Source: Minisyncoccota bacterium (lineage in GTDB: Bacteria; Patescibacteriota; Minisyncoccia; Phycocordibacterales; UBA12079). Taken from it: DNA of 58,602 nucleotides. Both the position numbers and the translations under genes were made by a program. The notes under the pieces were generated by a model that was given only the letters and a program-made list of their open reading frames with translations, searched no databases and was not told where the DNA came from. Positions 50,811-58,602 of the stretch are shown here, piece after piece. The stretch covers positions 1-58,602 of the forward strand of contig JAGMBS010000001.1 in assembly GCA_023129575.1 (NCBI GenBank), written 5' to 3'. The number at the start of each line of letters is the position of its first letter. The first letter of the stretch is position 1.

Positions 50811-52247
50811 TTATATTGTTAATAAAGGAACCTCAAAATCTTTTCCGATTCTGAATAATATTTCTTCTTGCATCCGGGGCGCCATAATTTGCAGACCCAC
50901 AGGCAATTTTTTTCCATTTTTCTCCGTCCAACCCGCCGGAACAGACATTGCCGGAACCCCCACGACATTGGACGAGACCGTAAAAATATCCGCCAAATAC
51001 ATTTGCAGGGGAGCATTGGCTTTCTCCCCTATTTTGAACGCGGGCGTCGGCGCGGTGGGAGTTATTATGGCATCTACATTTTCAAAAACTTTTTTAAAAT
51101 CATCCTTAATAATTTCTCTCAAAGCCGCCGCTTTATTATAATAAGCATCGTAATACCCGGCCGACAAAATATAAGTTCCCAACATTATTCGCCGACGAAC
51201 TTCTTTTCCAAAACCGCTTCCTTTTGTCCTCTTATAATCCTCTAAAAGATTTTCACCCCCTCTAAGATAACCATATCTCATTCCATCGTAACGCGCCAAA
51301 TTAGTGGAGGCCTCCGCCGGCATTAAAATATAATAAACAGCCAAAGCGTATTTGATATTTGGCAATTCAATTTCTCTAATTTCATAACCGGCGCCTTTCA
51401 ATTTTTCAAGCGACCCTTCAAAATTAGCTAAAACATCCTCGTCAAGACCTTCTTTCAAAAAATGTCTTGGAATACCAATTGTAATTTTTTCTTTTACATT
51501 TTTTTGCGTTTTTTTATAAATTTCATCAGGAATTGTTGTGCTGTCCATTTTGTCTTCGCCTTTAATATAATCAAATAAAATTTGCGCGTCTTCTGTTGTT
51601 TTCCCAAAAGATCCAATCTGGTCTAAAGACGAACCCATTGCAATTGCTCCATATCTGGACACAACACCATAAGTTGGTTTTAATCCAACCACTCCGCAAA
51701 AACTCGCGGGCTGGCGAATTGAACCGCCCGTGTCCGTTCCCAAAGCCGCCAGCGCCATTTGCGCGGCAACCACCACGGCGGAACCGCCCGAAGAACCTCC
51801 CGGCACCCGCGTTAAATCATACGGATTTTTTGTTACGCCAAAAGCCGAGTTTTCAGTGGAACTGCCCATCGCGAATTCATCCATATTCGTTCCGCCCGTA
51901 AAAACCGCTCCCGCCTCTTTTAACTTTTTAATAACCGTCGCGTCATAAACGGCGCGATAATTTTCCAAAATTTTGGAGCCGGCCGTCGTTCGTTTGCCCT
52001 TGATTAAGATATTATTTTTAATCGCAATTGGAATACCCGTTAATAAAGTTGCCGTCCCATCTTTTATTTTTTTGTCCGCAATATCCGCCTGTTCCAAAAC
52101 ATCGTCAAAAATTTCAATATAGGCGTTCAAATCCGGATTGATATTGTCTAAATAAGCTCGCGCTAAATCGCGTGCCGAAAAATCACCGCTTACCAAATAC
52201 TGATGCGCTTTTTTTATAGTTAATGTCTGCAAATTGATTTTAGTCAT
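50811..52247 (-). CDS. gatA: Asp-tRNA(Asn)/Glu-tRNA(Gln) amidotransferase subunit A
   Basis: 478 aa. Amidase signature GGSSGGSAVVVAA and GTDTGGSIRQPASFCG. Typical GatA length. Confidence 0.95.
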   Translation of the reverse strand: MTKINLQTLTIKKAHQYLVSGDFSARDLARAYLDNINPDLNAYIEIFDDVLEQADIADKKIKDGTATLLTGIPIAIKNNILIKGKRTTAGSKILENYRAVYDATVIKKLKEAGAVFTGGTNMDEFAMGSSTENSAFGVTKNPYDLTRVPGGSSGGSAVVVAAQMALAALGTDTGGSIRQPASFCGVVGLKPTYGVVSRYGAIAMGSSLDQIGSFGKTTEDAQILFDYIKGEDKMDSTTIPDEIYKKTQKNVKEKITIGIPRHFLKEGLDEDVLANFEGSLEKLKGAGYEIREIELPNIKYALAVYYILMPAEASTNLARYDGMRYGYLRGGENLLEDYKRTKGSGFGKEVRRRIMLGTYILSAGYYDAYYNKAAALREIIKDDFKKVFENVDAIITPTAPTPAFKIGEKANAPLQMYLADIFTVSSNVVGVPAMSVPAGWTEKNGKKLPVGLQIMAPRMQEEILFRIGKDFEVPLLTI

Positions 52248-52260
52248 TTTTTAGTATTGT

Positions 52261-52395
52261 TTTGAATAATTTTGAATTTAAAATTTTGAATTTTGATTGA
52301 ATAAATAATGTTTTAATGACTGAATGTTTAAACATTCAAAATTCGGTTATTCAAAATTGAATTGAAATTCAAAATTCATAATTCGAAATTGTTTT
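52261..52395. repeat. AT-rich symmetric motif array (TTTTGAAT ... ATTCAAAA) around an 18-bp perfect palindrome, in the gatA/rpmB divergent region
   Basis: TGAATGTTTAAACATTCA at 52321-52338. There are 3-4 TTTTGAAT-type motifs to the left and 3-4 ATTCAAAA-type motifs to the right. Confidence 0.6.
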
Positions 52396-52469
52396 ATGCT
52401 CTTGCAAAATACGCTTATTATGATAGCATATTTAATTATATTTCGCAGTTTAAAATAATATAAAAAACT

Positions 52470-52712
52470 ATGAGTAAAATCTGTCCCATCACAAATAAAG
52501 GAACCAAAATGGCGGGCCGTTACAGCAACCGGGTTCGCGCCACCCAATTCAATCCGACCGGAAAAGTCCGCCGGCATACTAATCTGCAAAAAAAGAAAAT
52601 TTACATTCCGGAATTGGACAAAACCGTTACGCTCAAACTTTCAACCAAAGCGCTTAAAACCATCAACAAAAATGGTGCCTATCAAACGCTTAAAAAAGCC
52701 GGCTTGATTTAA
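52470..52712 (+). CDS. rpmB: 50S ribosomal protein L28
   Basis: 80 aa. MSKICPITNKGTKMAGRYSNRVRATQF...NLQKKKIYIPELDKTVTLKLSTKALKTI. Confidence 0.9.
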   Translation: MSKICPITNKGTKMAGRYSNRVRATQFNPTGKVRRHTNLQKKKIYIPELDKTVTLKLSTKALKTINKNGAYQTLKKAGLI

Positions 52713-52736
52713 AAAAGATTAATCACTTTTATCAAA

Positions 52737-54377
52737 TTAGCGCGGTTCGGGTAAGGTTCTGTTTGAAATTTCATTGAGATAAATTGTCATCTTTTCATAA
52801 TCTTTTTTATGCCGGTATAAATTTGCCAAACCGGAAAGAGCGTCTAAATTAGCGCGATTTATGCCCAAAGTTTTTTTCCATAATTGTTCCGCTTCGTCAA
52901 TTTGGCCTTTTTTGTAATACAATAAGCCCAAATTATAATAAACATTGCCATAAAAAGGATTTATTTCTATCTCTTTCAGATATTCTTTTTCGGCCTGCTC
53001 ATATTTATTTTGATAGCTGTAAATCAAACCTAAATTATTATGAGCCATTTCTTCAGCGGGATTTAATTTTAACGCTTCTTTAAATTCTTCTTCAGCCAAA
53101 TTCATATTTCCGTCTAAATAATGCATCGCTCCAAGATTGCGGCGCGCCAACGGATAATGGGGCGAATTTTGCGCCGCGTTTTGCCAAAAACTTAACCTAT
53201 CGCTGAAATTAACGCTGTGCGTAAAAGTCAAAAAGCAAAAAATTCCAAGCGCCACCAATATAAAACCGTAATAAATACTACTCAAACGCCAATTTTTAAT
53301 TGGATTTAATTCAATAAGAATAATAAAAAAACCGATTATGGGTAAATACAAACGATGCTCAATAAAATCAGATGACATCATATCCAAATTCGGACAAATG
53401 AAAGAGGGTAACAAAAATAATAAAAACCAAAATAGCCCGAATAAAATATATCGCCATCGTTTATTTTTTTTAAATAAAAATAGAAGTATTAAAAAAATAA
53501 ATGCGCTGATACCGTATATGAAAGAAGTATCTTGGATGGTCGGCAAAACAGACAAATTGAAAGGAAAAATTATTTTCCCGACAAGTTGAACAATCGCAAG
53601 AAGATTAAACAAAACGGATTTTATCATCTCCCCAATATTTGCAAACACGGAACCGCCAAGCGCCAATTGTCTAAGAATAAACCACAAACTCAAAACTAAA
53701 GTCCAACCGATAAAAATCTGTTTCTTTTTATTATTATTTGTGTCTGAATTAAAAAAATACCCGTAAAAAATGAACAGGGGCAAAACAAATAAAGCCGTTT
53801 CTTTGGTAAAAATCGCCATCGCAAAAAACAATAAATGAGCAACAAAATATTTTATCCGAGATCGTCTTAAAAAATTTATGAGACATATAAAAGCGGACAG
53901 AATAAAAACCGTTAGCAAAGAATCATTCCGACCCGGAACCCAAGCGACCGCTTGCGTTAGAACCGGATGCGACAAAAAAACCAAAGACCACAAAAAAGAA
54001 ACATCCCGTTTATATTTTAATTTTTTCAAAAAAACAAACACCAGGCAAGCGGATAAAAGATGCAAAATAATATTGGTAAAATGATATATCAAAGGATTTA
54101 TTCCGCCCATTTGATAATCAAATATAAACGAAATAGTCAGCACAGGCCTGTAATAAGAGGCGGACTGGTCAAGAGCGTGGAAAACATCCGTGCCAAATGA
54201 TTGAAAAACATTAGATAATTTATTCAGAAAAAATTCACTATTTAAAATTAAGGTATTATCATCTAAATAAGTCCAGTCAAAAAATAAAGTTTGGGAATAA
54301 AGCAACAGTCCCAAAATAGCTATAATCGCAAAGGGCTGCCACGATTTGGAAAAAATTTTATTTATGTAAATTTGCAT
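52737..54377 (-). CDS. GT-C fold membrane glycosyltransferase with C-terminal TPR repeats (TMTC/PMT-like)
   Basis: 546 aa. About 10 TM segments with the [14 protein letters not shown] loop motif, then 4-5 TPR repeats ([27 protein letters not shown]...). Confidence 0.75.
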   Translation of the reverse strand: MQIYINKIFSKSWQPFAIIAILGLLLYSQTLFFDWTYLDDNTLILNSEFFLNKLSNVFQSFGTDVFHALDQSASYYRPVLTISFIFDYQMGGINPLIYHFTNIILHLLSACLVFVFLKKLKYKRDVSFLWSLVFLSHPVLTQAVAWVPGRNDSLLTVFILSAFICLINFLRRSRIKYFVAHLLFFAMAIFTKETALFVLPLFIFYGYFFNSDTNNNKKKQIFIGWTLVLSLWFILRQLALGGSVFANIGEMIKSVLFNLLAIVQLVGKIIFPFNLSVLPTIQDTSFIYGISAFIFLILLFLFKKNKRWRYILFGLFWFLLFLLPSFICPNLDMMSSDFIEHRLYLPIIGFFIILIELNPIKNWRLSSIYYGFILVALGIFCFLTFTHSVNFSDRLSFWQNAAQNSPHYPLARRNLGAMHYLDGNMNLAEEEFKEALKLNPAEEMAHNNLGLIYSYQNKYEQAEKEYLKEIEINPFYGNVYYNLGLLYYKKGQIDEAEQLWKKTLGINRANLDALSGLANLYRHKKDYEKMTIYLNEISNRTLPEPR

Positions 54378-55093
54378 TTTAAGAAATTAAATATCCTTTT
54401 CAGAAAAAACTTAAAAGCGACCAGCATAGTTTGCAGGCCGTATTTGACGCTTTTGCTAAAATTTATGGAAGAAGCTTCCGGAAAATAACGAACCGGCACG
54501 GGAATTTCTCCAATCCGATAATTTTTTTCAATAATTTGAAACAAAACCTGGCTGTCAAACACAAAATCGTTTGAATTATTTTCAAAATCTATATTTTCCA
54601 AGACAGCCCTTCTATACGCGCGCATTCCCGTATGCCACTCCGACAAATTATAACCGCTTAAAATATTTTCCCAAAAGGAAAGAAACCGGTTGGAAAAATA
54701 TTTGTAAACCGGCATCCCGCCTTGCAAGGCCTCTTGTCTGGATCTTATTCTATTTCCCAAGACCACATCGCAATAATTTTCTTTAATCAAATTGACCAAG
54801 TATTTTATCAATTTAGGATCATATTGATAATCCGGATGAAGCATAACAATTATATCCGCTCCTTTTTCCAGCGCTTTTTGATAACAAGTTTTTTGGTTAG
54901 CCCCGTAGCCCCGATTTTTCTTGTGATGATAGACCGTCAAATTAAATCGGCGCGCTAATTTTAGCGTTTTGTCACTACTGCCGTCATCCACTAAAATAAT
55001 TTCATCAACAGAATCCGCCGGTATCTCCTTGAGCGTTTTTTCCAAAGTTTTTTCGGCATTATAGGCCGGCAGGACCACAATTACTTTTGACAT
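54362..55093 (-). CDS. GT2 polyprenol-phosphate glycosyltransferase (GtrB/Dpm1-like)
   Basis: 243 aa. [18 protein letters not shown]...[12 protein letters not shown]...NRGYGANQK...[10 protein letters not shown]. Confidence 0.85.
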   Translation of the reverse strand: MSKVIVVLPAYNAEKTLEKTLKEIPADSVDEIILVDDGSSDKTLKLARRFNLTVYHHKKNRGYGANQKTCYQKALEKGADIIVMLHPDYQYDPKLIKYLVNLIKENYCDVVLGNRIRSRQEALQGGMPVYKYFSNRFLSFWENILSGYNLSEWHTGMRAYRRAVLENIDFENNSNDFVFDSQVLFQIIEKNYRIGEIPVPVRYFPEASSINFSKSVKYGLQTMLVAFKFFLKRIFNFLKCKFT

Positions 55094-55121
55094 AGCGGCA
55101 TTATATCAAATGTTTCATAAA

Positions 55122-55547
55122 TTAACCCGCGAATTTTTCAAAAGTCACATATTTATGCGCCAAAAAATTTCCAATATAAACCAAAGCGGTGGCGGCAACT
55201 TTTCCAAACATATACCACAAGCCAAGATATTCCGTCAGACCGAACACAATTAAAGCGTTGAGCGATAAAGCGGCCAAACTAATCAGACAAAAAACGGAAA
55301 ATTGGGGCGCGTATCTCCGGCAGCCGTTTTTGAAAGTTAAATTTTTCTGGGATAAATAACTGACAAATAAAGCGCAAATAAAAGCAACCACTAACGAATA
55401 CATATAATAAAAACCGATAAATTCCGTCAAAAAATAAAGCAAAGCAAAATCCACCGCCGTGGGAATTAAGGCCACGACGCCATAGACGATAAATTGCCGC
55501 CAGAGAAGCGATTTTATGCCAATTACATTTTCTAAGATATTGTACAT
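55122..55547 (-). CDS. GtrA-family membrane protein
   Basis: 141 aa, 4 TM. RQFIVYGVVALIPTAVDFALLYFL...SYLSQKNLTFK...FLAHKYVTF. Confidence 0.85.
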   Translation of the reverse strand: MYNILENVIGIKSLLWRQFIVYGVVALIPTAVDFALLYFLTEFIGFYYMYSLVVAFICALFVSYLSQKNLTFKNGCRRYAPQFSVFCLISLAALSLNALIVFGLTEYLGLWYMFGKVAATALVYIGNFLAHKYVTFEKFAG

Positions 55548-55550
55548 AAT

Positions 55551-56408
55551 TTATTCTCCCAAAAATCCAGCCCCGTCGCTTTTAATTATAATTGTTCCAT
55601 CTTCGTCCGTTCGCAAAATTTTTACTTCAAATTTTTTCAAAATATCCAAAACCTCAGGGTGAGGATGACCATATCTATTATTTTTTCCGGCAGAAATAAT
55701 AACAACTTCGGGACTTGTGGCGCCTAAGAAAAATTCCGAGCTGGAAGTCCGCGAGCCGTGATGCCCCAATTTTAACACATCCACAGCTAAATTTTCCGCA
55801 TCCAAAAAAATCAGATATTCTTCAATCGCTTTGGGCGAATCTCCCATCAATAAAAAAGAGTCCTCCCCATAGACCAATTTAAGGACAATTGAAGCCAAAT
55901 TGGTTTCCAAATTAGTCGCGTCTCTGTCCGGAAATAAAACCTCCAAATAAATACCGTCGTCCAAATCAATCACCATCCCCCGCCGCGCGATTTTCTTTTC
56001 TATTCCTTTGTCTTGAATCTGTTTGTCCAGTTTTTCGCAAATTGAATTTTTGCAGAGAACCTCAGATTCCAAAAAGACAGCGACTTCATACGAATTCAGA
56101 ACGGCCGGAAAACCGCCAATATGGTCTTTGTCCGGATGAGTGGCAATCAGCAGATCAAGAGAACGGTCGTAAAAGGGCATTTGTTTCGCCAATTCCCGCA
56201 AGACCTTTTTGTTCGGACCGCCGTCAATTAAAACCTGCTTCCCGCCCGGCGCTTCAATAAAAATAGCGTCGCCCTGCCCCACATCCAAAAACGCCACCGT
56301 CAAAATCCCGCTCCGTTCCTCCGCCCAAACCCCACACCAGATAAAAACGGTCAGTCCCAAAAAAAATCCCAAAAGTATTTTTCTTAATGTTGTTTTTGAA
56401 TTTAGCAT
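55551..56408 (-). CDS. ComEC/Rec2-type metallo-beta-lactamase domain protein with N-terminal signal anchor
   Basis: VAFLDVGQGDAIFIE, LLIATHPDKDHIGG, LKLGHHGSRTS. The ORF is open to 56507, but ATG at 56408 (MLNSKTTLRKILLGFFLGL) gives a normal signal anchor, and the extension is covered by repeat C. Confidence 0.8.
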   Translation of the reverse strand: MLNSKTTLRKILLGFFLGLTVFIWCGVWAEERSGILTVAFLDVGQGDAIFIEAPGGKQVLIDGGPNKKVLRELAKQMPFYDRSLDLLIATHPDKDHIGGFPAVLNSYEVAVFLESEVLCKNSICEKLDKQIQDKGIEKKIARRGMVIDLDDGIYLEVLFPDRDATNLETNLASIVLKLVYGEDSFLLMGDSPKAIEEYLIFLDAENLAVDVLKLGHHGSRTSSSEFFLGATSPEVVIISAGKNNRYGHPHPEVLDILKKFEVKILRTDEDGTIIIKSDGAGFLGE

Positions 56409-56429
56409 TTTCAAAATTTTCTTATTGCA

Positions 56430-56618
56430 AAAAAACTTGAAACAAGTTCCCGAAAAGAACCAAAATCCAAATTGTTCCAAATTGCTCAAATCAAATCCAA
56501 AAACCAAATGTCAAAAAGAGTTTTGGATTTTGTCATTTGGATTTGATTTGGAATACTTTGGATTTTGGGCTTTGAAATTTTATATGTTCTGTTTGGAAAA
56601 ACTTGTTTCGAGTTTTTT
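56430..56618. repeat. Intergenic structured repeat, copy C (divergent member; long imperfect inner hairpin)
   Basis: Termini AAAAAACTTGAAACAAGTT / AACTTGTTTCGAGTTTTTT are complementary and share GAAACAAGTT and TGTTCTGTTTGG with copies A and B. The inner arms CCAAAATCCAAA.../...TTTGGATTTTGG pair over about 50 nt. Confidence 0.7.
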
Positions 56619-56625
56619 ATCACTT

Positions 56626-57396
56626 TTAATTATCGCTTTTCCTAAATCCTTCCAATGCTTTTAGCACTTCCATCGGCACCATCCAAACGGTCGTATTGGA
56701 TTGATCGGAACTTAAGTCGTTAATCGCTTGTAAAGTTCGCAAATGCAAGGCGCCCGGAACCGCGTTTAATTTCCGCGCCGCTTCCGCCAAATTATCCGCC
56801 GCAATTCTGTCGCCGTCCGCTTTGATAATAACCGCCCGTTTTTCCCTTTCCGCCTCGGCCTCTTTGGAAATCGTCCTTTTCAAATCCTCCGGAATAATCA
56901 CATCTTTCAATTCCACCGACTCCACATCAATCCCCCAAGGGTCGGTTAAATTATCCACCCGATTTTTTATCTGCTCGGCAATCTCCGCTCGTTTTTGCAA
57001 TAATTCGTCCAAAGTCCTTTCACCCACTGAATTTCGCATCGTGGTTTGCGCCACTTGAGAAGTGGCGTAATAATAATCTTCCACTTCCAAAACCGACTTG
57101 GACGCGTCCATAATCCGATAATAAACAACCGCGTTAATCCGCACGGGAATATTGTCTTTGGTTATCGCTTCTTGGTCCGGCACATCCACCGCTTTAGTTC
57201 TGATATCAATTTTTCGCAGGGACTGAAATATCGGAACAACAATCCGCCAGCCCGGTTCTTTAATGCCGGTGAATTTCCCGAGAGTGAACATCACCCCTCT
57301 TTCGTATTGATTGATTTGCCGTAAAAACAAAACCGCCACCGCGATGAGAGCGGGAATAAGATAAAAAGGATTAAATAAAATTAATTTTAGAAACAT
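56626..57396 (-). CDS. SPFH/band-7 (stomatin-like) membrane protein
   Basis: 256 aa. N-terminal TM, then YERGVMFTLGKF...RTKAVDVPDQEAITKDNIPVRINAVVYYRI and an EAEREKRA coiled segment. Confidence 0.9.
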   Translation of the reverse strand: MFLKLILFNPFYLIPALIAVAVLFLRQINQYERGVMFTLGKFTGIKEPGWRIVVPIFQSLRKIDIRTKAVDVPDQEAITKDNIPVRINAVVYYRIMDASKSVLEVEDYYYATSQVAQTTMRNSVGERTLDELLQKRAEIAEQIKNRVDNLTDPWGIDVESVELKDVIIPEDLKRTISKEAEAEREKRAVIIKADGDRIAADNLAEAARKLNAVPGALHLRTLQAINDLSSDQSNTTVWMVPMEVLKALEGFRKSDN

Positions 57397-57533
57397 AGTT
57401 TTAATTTAATGATTAAACTAATAATTGTCAGTAGTATGACATAAATTGTTTCAACCTCCAAACAAAAAGTTGATTTTGAAAGGCGTTTGTGATATAAATA
57501 TGCTACATTATTAAACCATATTTTTAATTTAAT

Positions 57534-58046
57534 TTGAATAAATTTGTAAGAATTAACAATCAAATACGAGTTCCCGAGGTCCGAGTAATCGGTTCCAAAG
57601 GGGAAAATTTGGGTGTGATGTCTACCGCTGACGCTTTGAAATTGTCCATTAATTCCGGCTTGGATTTGATTGAAATTTCACCGGCGTCTAAACCGCCCAT
57701 TGTCAAAATAACGGATTACGGTAAATTTCAATACGACCAAAAAAAGAAATTGAGCGCTTCCAAAGCGAGGACGCAAAGAACGGAAACAAAAGTGATTCAA
57801 ATTAAAATTGGCACAGGCGAACACGATCTAAATTTAAAAGCAAAAAAAATATCCGCGTGGCTGGCGGAAGGCAATCGGGTAAAACTGGATTTGTTTTTAA
57901 TCGGACGAACCAAATATATGAAATTGGACTTTTTGAAAGAACGGTTGGAACGAATTTTGCGTTTGGTGTCGGGAGGATATAAAATAGCAGACGGCCCGAA
58001 AAAAAGCCCCAAGGGCTTGACTGTAATTTTGGAGAAACAAAAATGA
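57534..58046 (+). CDS. infC: Translation initiation factor IF-3 (non-AUG start)
   Basis: 170 aa. INNQIRVPEVRVIGSKGENLGVMS...DLIEISP...PIVKITDYGKFQY. The frame opens with TTG at 57534 and has no in-frame ATG near the N-terminus. Confidence 0.9.
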   Translation: MNKFVRINNQIRVPEVRVIGSKGENLGVMSTADALKLSINSGLDLIEISPASKPPIVKITDYGKFQYDQKKKLSASKARTQRTETKVIQIKIGTGEHDLNLKAKKISAWLAEGNRVKLDLFLIGRTKYMKLDFLKERLERILRLVSGGYKIADGPKKSPKGLTVILEKQK

Positions 58047-58228
58047 AAACAAATAAATCATACACGAAACGGCTCAGGGTTACCAAAAAAGGAAAAATTT
58101 TGGCGCGGAAACCGGGGCAATGCCATTTTAACGCCAAAAAAAGTGGCTCTTTAACTATGAGAAAAAAAAGAAATACCGTTTTGAAATTATCAAACAGAAT
58201 TATCCGCCGATTTTTACCGAGAAAATAA
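58043..58228 (+). CDS. rpmI: 50S ribosomal protein L35
   Basis: 61 aa. MKTNKSYTKRLRVTKKGKILARKPGQCHFNAKKS. 4-nt overlap with infC. Confidence 0.9.
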   Translation: MKTNKSYTKRLRVTKKGKILARKPGQCHFNAKKSGSLTMRKKRNTVLKLSNRIIRRFLPRK

Positions 58229-58249
58229 CAACTTCATTAAAAAAACAAG

Positions 58250-58298
58250 AGTGTTAAAACAAAGAAAAATTTGCGAAGCAAATTTTTCTCCTAACACT
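58250..58298 (+). promoter_or_regulatory. Hairpin between rpmI and rplT (AGTGTTA...AGAAAAATTTGC-gaa-GCAAATTTTTCT...TAACACT)
   Basis: 12-bp perfect inner stem (58263-58289) plus a 7-bp outer stem. The core is related to the palindrome at 2282-2312. Confidence 0.6.
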
Positions 58299-58328
58299 TA
58301 ATTTACCAAATAATTAACCAACTAAATC

Positions 58329-58602
58329 ATGACAAGAGTTAAAAGAGGAACAACTTCATTAAAAAGAAGGCGAAAAATCCTTAAATCAGCCAAAGGTTAC
58401 CGTTACGGTCTTTCTACCAAAGAACGGCAGGCAAAAATGGCGGTTATTCACGCGGCAATGCACGCTTTTCGGCATCGCCGCAAGAAGAAAGGCGATTTCA
58501 GGCGCTTGTGGCAAGTGAGAATAAACGCCGCCATTCGAGGATTGGGTTGGTCTTACAGCAAATTGATAGACGCCTTAACTAAAAAAAATATAAAGTTAAA
58601 CC
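58329..58602 (+). CDS. rplT: 50S ribosomal protein L20 (3'-partial at window end)
   Basis: MTRVKRGTTSLKRRRKILKSAKGYRYG...AFRHRRKKKGDFRRLWQVRINAA. It runs off the end of the window. Confidence 0.9.
   Translation, partial: MTRVKRGTTSLKRRRKILKSAKGYRYGLSTKERQAKMAVIHAAMHAFRHRRKKKGDFRRLWQVRINAAIRGLGWSYSKLIDALTKKNIKLN

Noticed and set aside
50819-51948. Several 65-125 aa ORFs overlapping gatA on both strands
   Set aside because: gatA is unambiguous. The overlapping frames are Arg/Pro-rich shadow ORFs.
56042-56664. Plus-strand ORFs 56042-56260 and 56209-56664
   Set aside because: They lie antisense to the ComEC-type MBL gene and run through repeat copy C. They are proline- and lysine-rich nonsense.
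1-58602. rRNA genes, toxin-antitoxin pairs and canonical defence systems (restriction-modification, CBASS, Cas)
   Set aside because: I scanned the ORF translations and the intergenic regions and found no convincing candidates. The many methyltransferases are small-molecule or sugar class I and FkbM types in glycan operons, not DNA methyltransferases with partner nucleases.

Overview
This is a low-GC bacterial window. Its gene content suggests a reduced-genome CPR/Patescibacteria-like lineage: small housekeeping genes, lamin-tail-domain surface protein, LAGLIDADG ORF in a tRNA array, lone gatA. That lineage assignment is inference only.

Layout:
- 0.05-2.8 kb: rel-type (p)ppGpp enzyme, a TIGR00725/LOG-like protein and a membrane protein.
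- 2.8-3.95 kb: a decayed boundary with repeats, an orphan promoter plus hairpin, and two collided pseudogenes (NYN-domain and GT2).
- 3.97-42.2 kb: a very large glycan-assembly island. It is visibly more AT-rich than the flanks for most of its length. It is arranged as two convergent arms that meet at about 26.58 kb. It holds one fused ABC exporter, an unusual sugar-activation cassette, about 16 glycosyltransferases, 9 methyltransferases, FdtA/FdtB-type aminosugar enzymes, an AsnB-like/CapA-like pair and a CE4 deacetylase. A RayT-like HUH transposase with three copies of its own palindrome sits near the right end.
- 42.1-45.3 kb: a secreted LTD-PKD-LTD protein coupled to a soluble VirD4/TraD-like ATPase.
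- 45.6-47.7 kb: a COG1306-type putative glycoside hydrolase and rsmI.
- 47.7-49.9 kb: five tRNAs on the minus strand, interrupted by a PD-(D/E)xK-like ORF and a LAGLIDADG ORF.
- 50.2-58.6 kb: gatA, rpmB, a GtrA/GT2/GT-C(TPR) glycosylation trio, a ComEC-type MBL domain protein, an SPFH protein and infC-rpmI-rplT (partial).

Several non-coding repeat families are visible by eye. They are a roughly 170-190 nt structured intergenic element in three copies, two shared palindromic terminators, a heptanucleotide tandem repeat inside glycosyltransferase genes, and GC-rich perfect palindromes embedded in frame in coding sequence. No rRNA, CRISPR array, integrase or prophage was recognised.

All family calls come from motif recognition in the supplied translations. 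No database search was possible.
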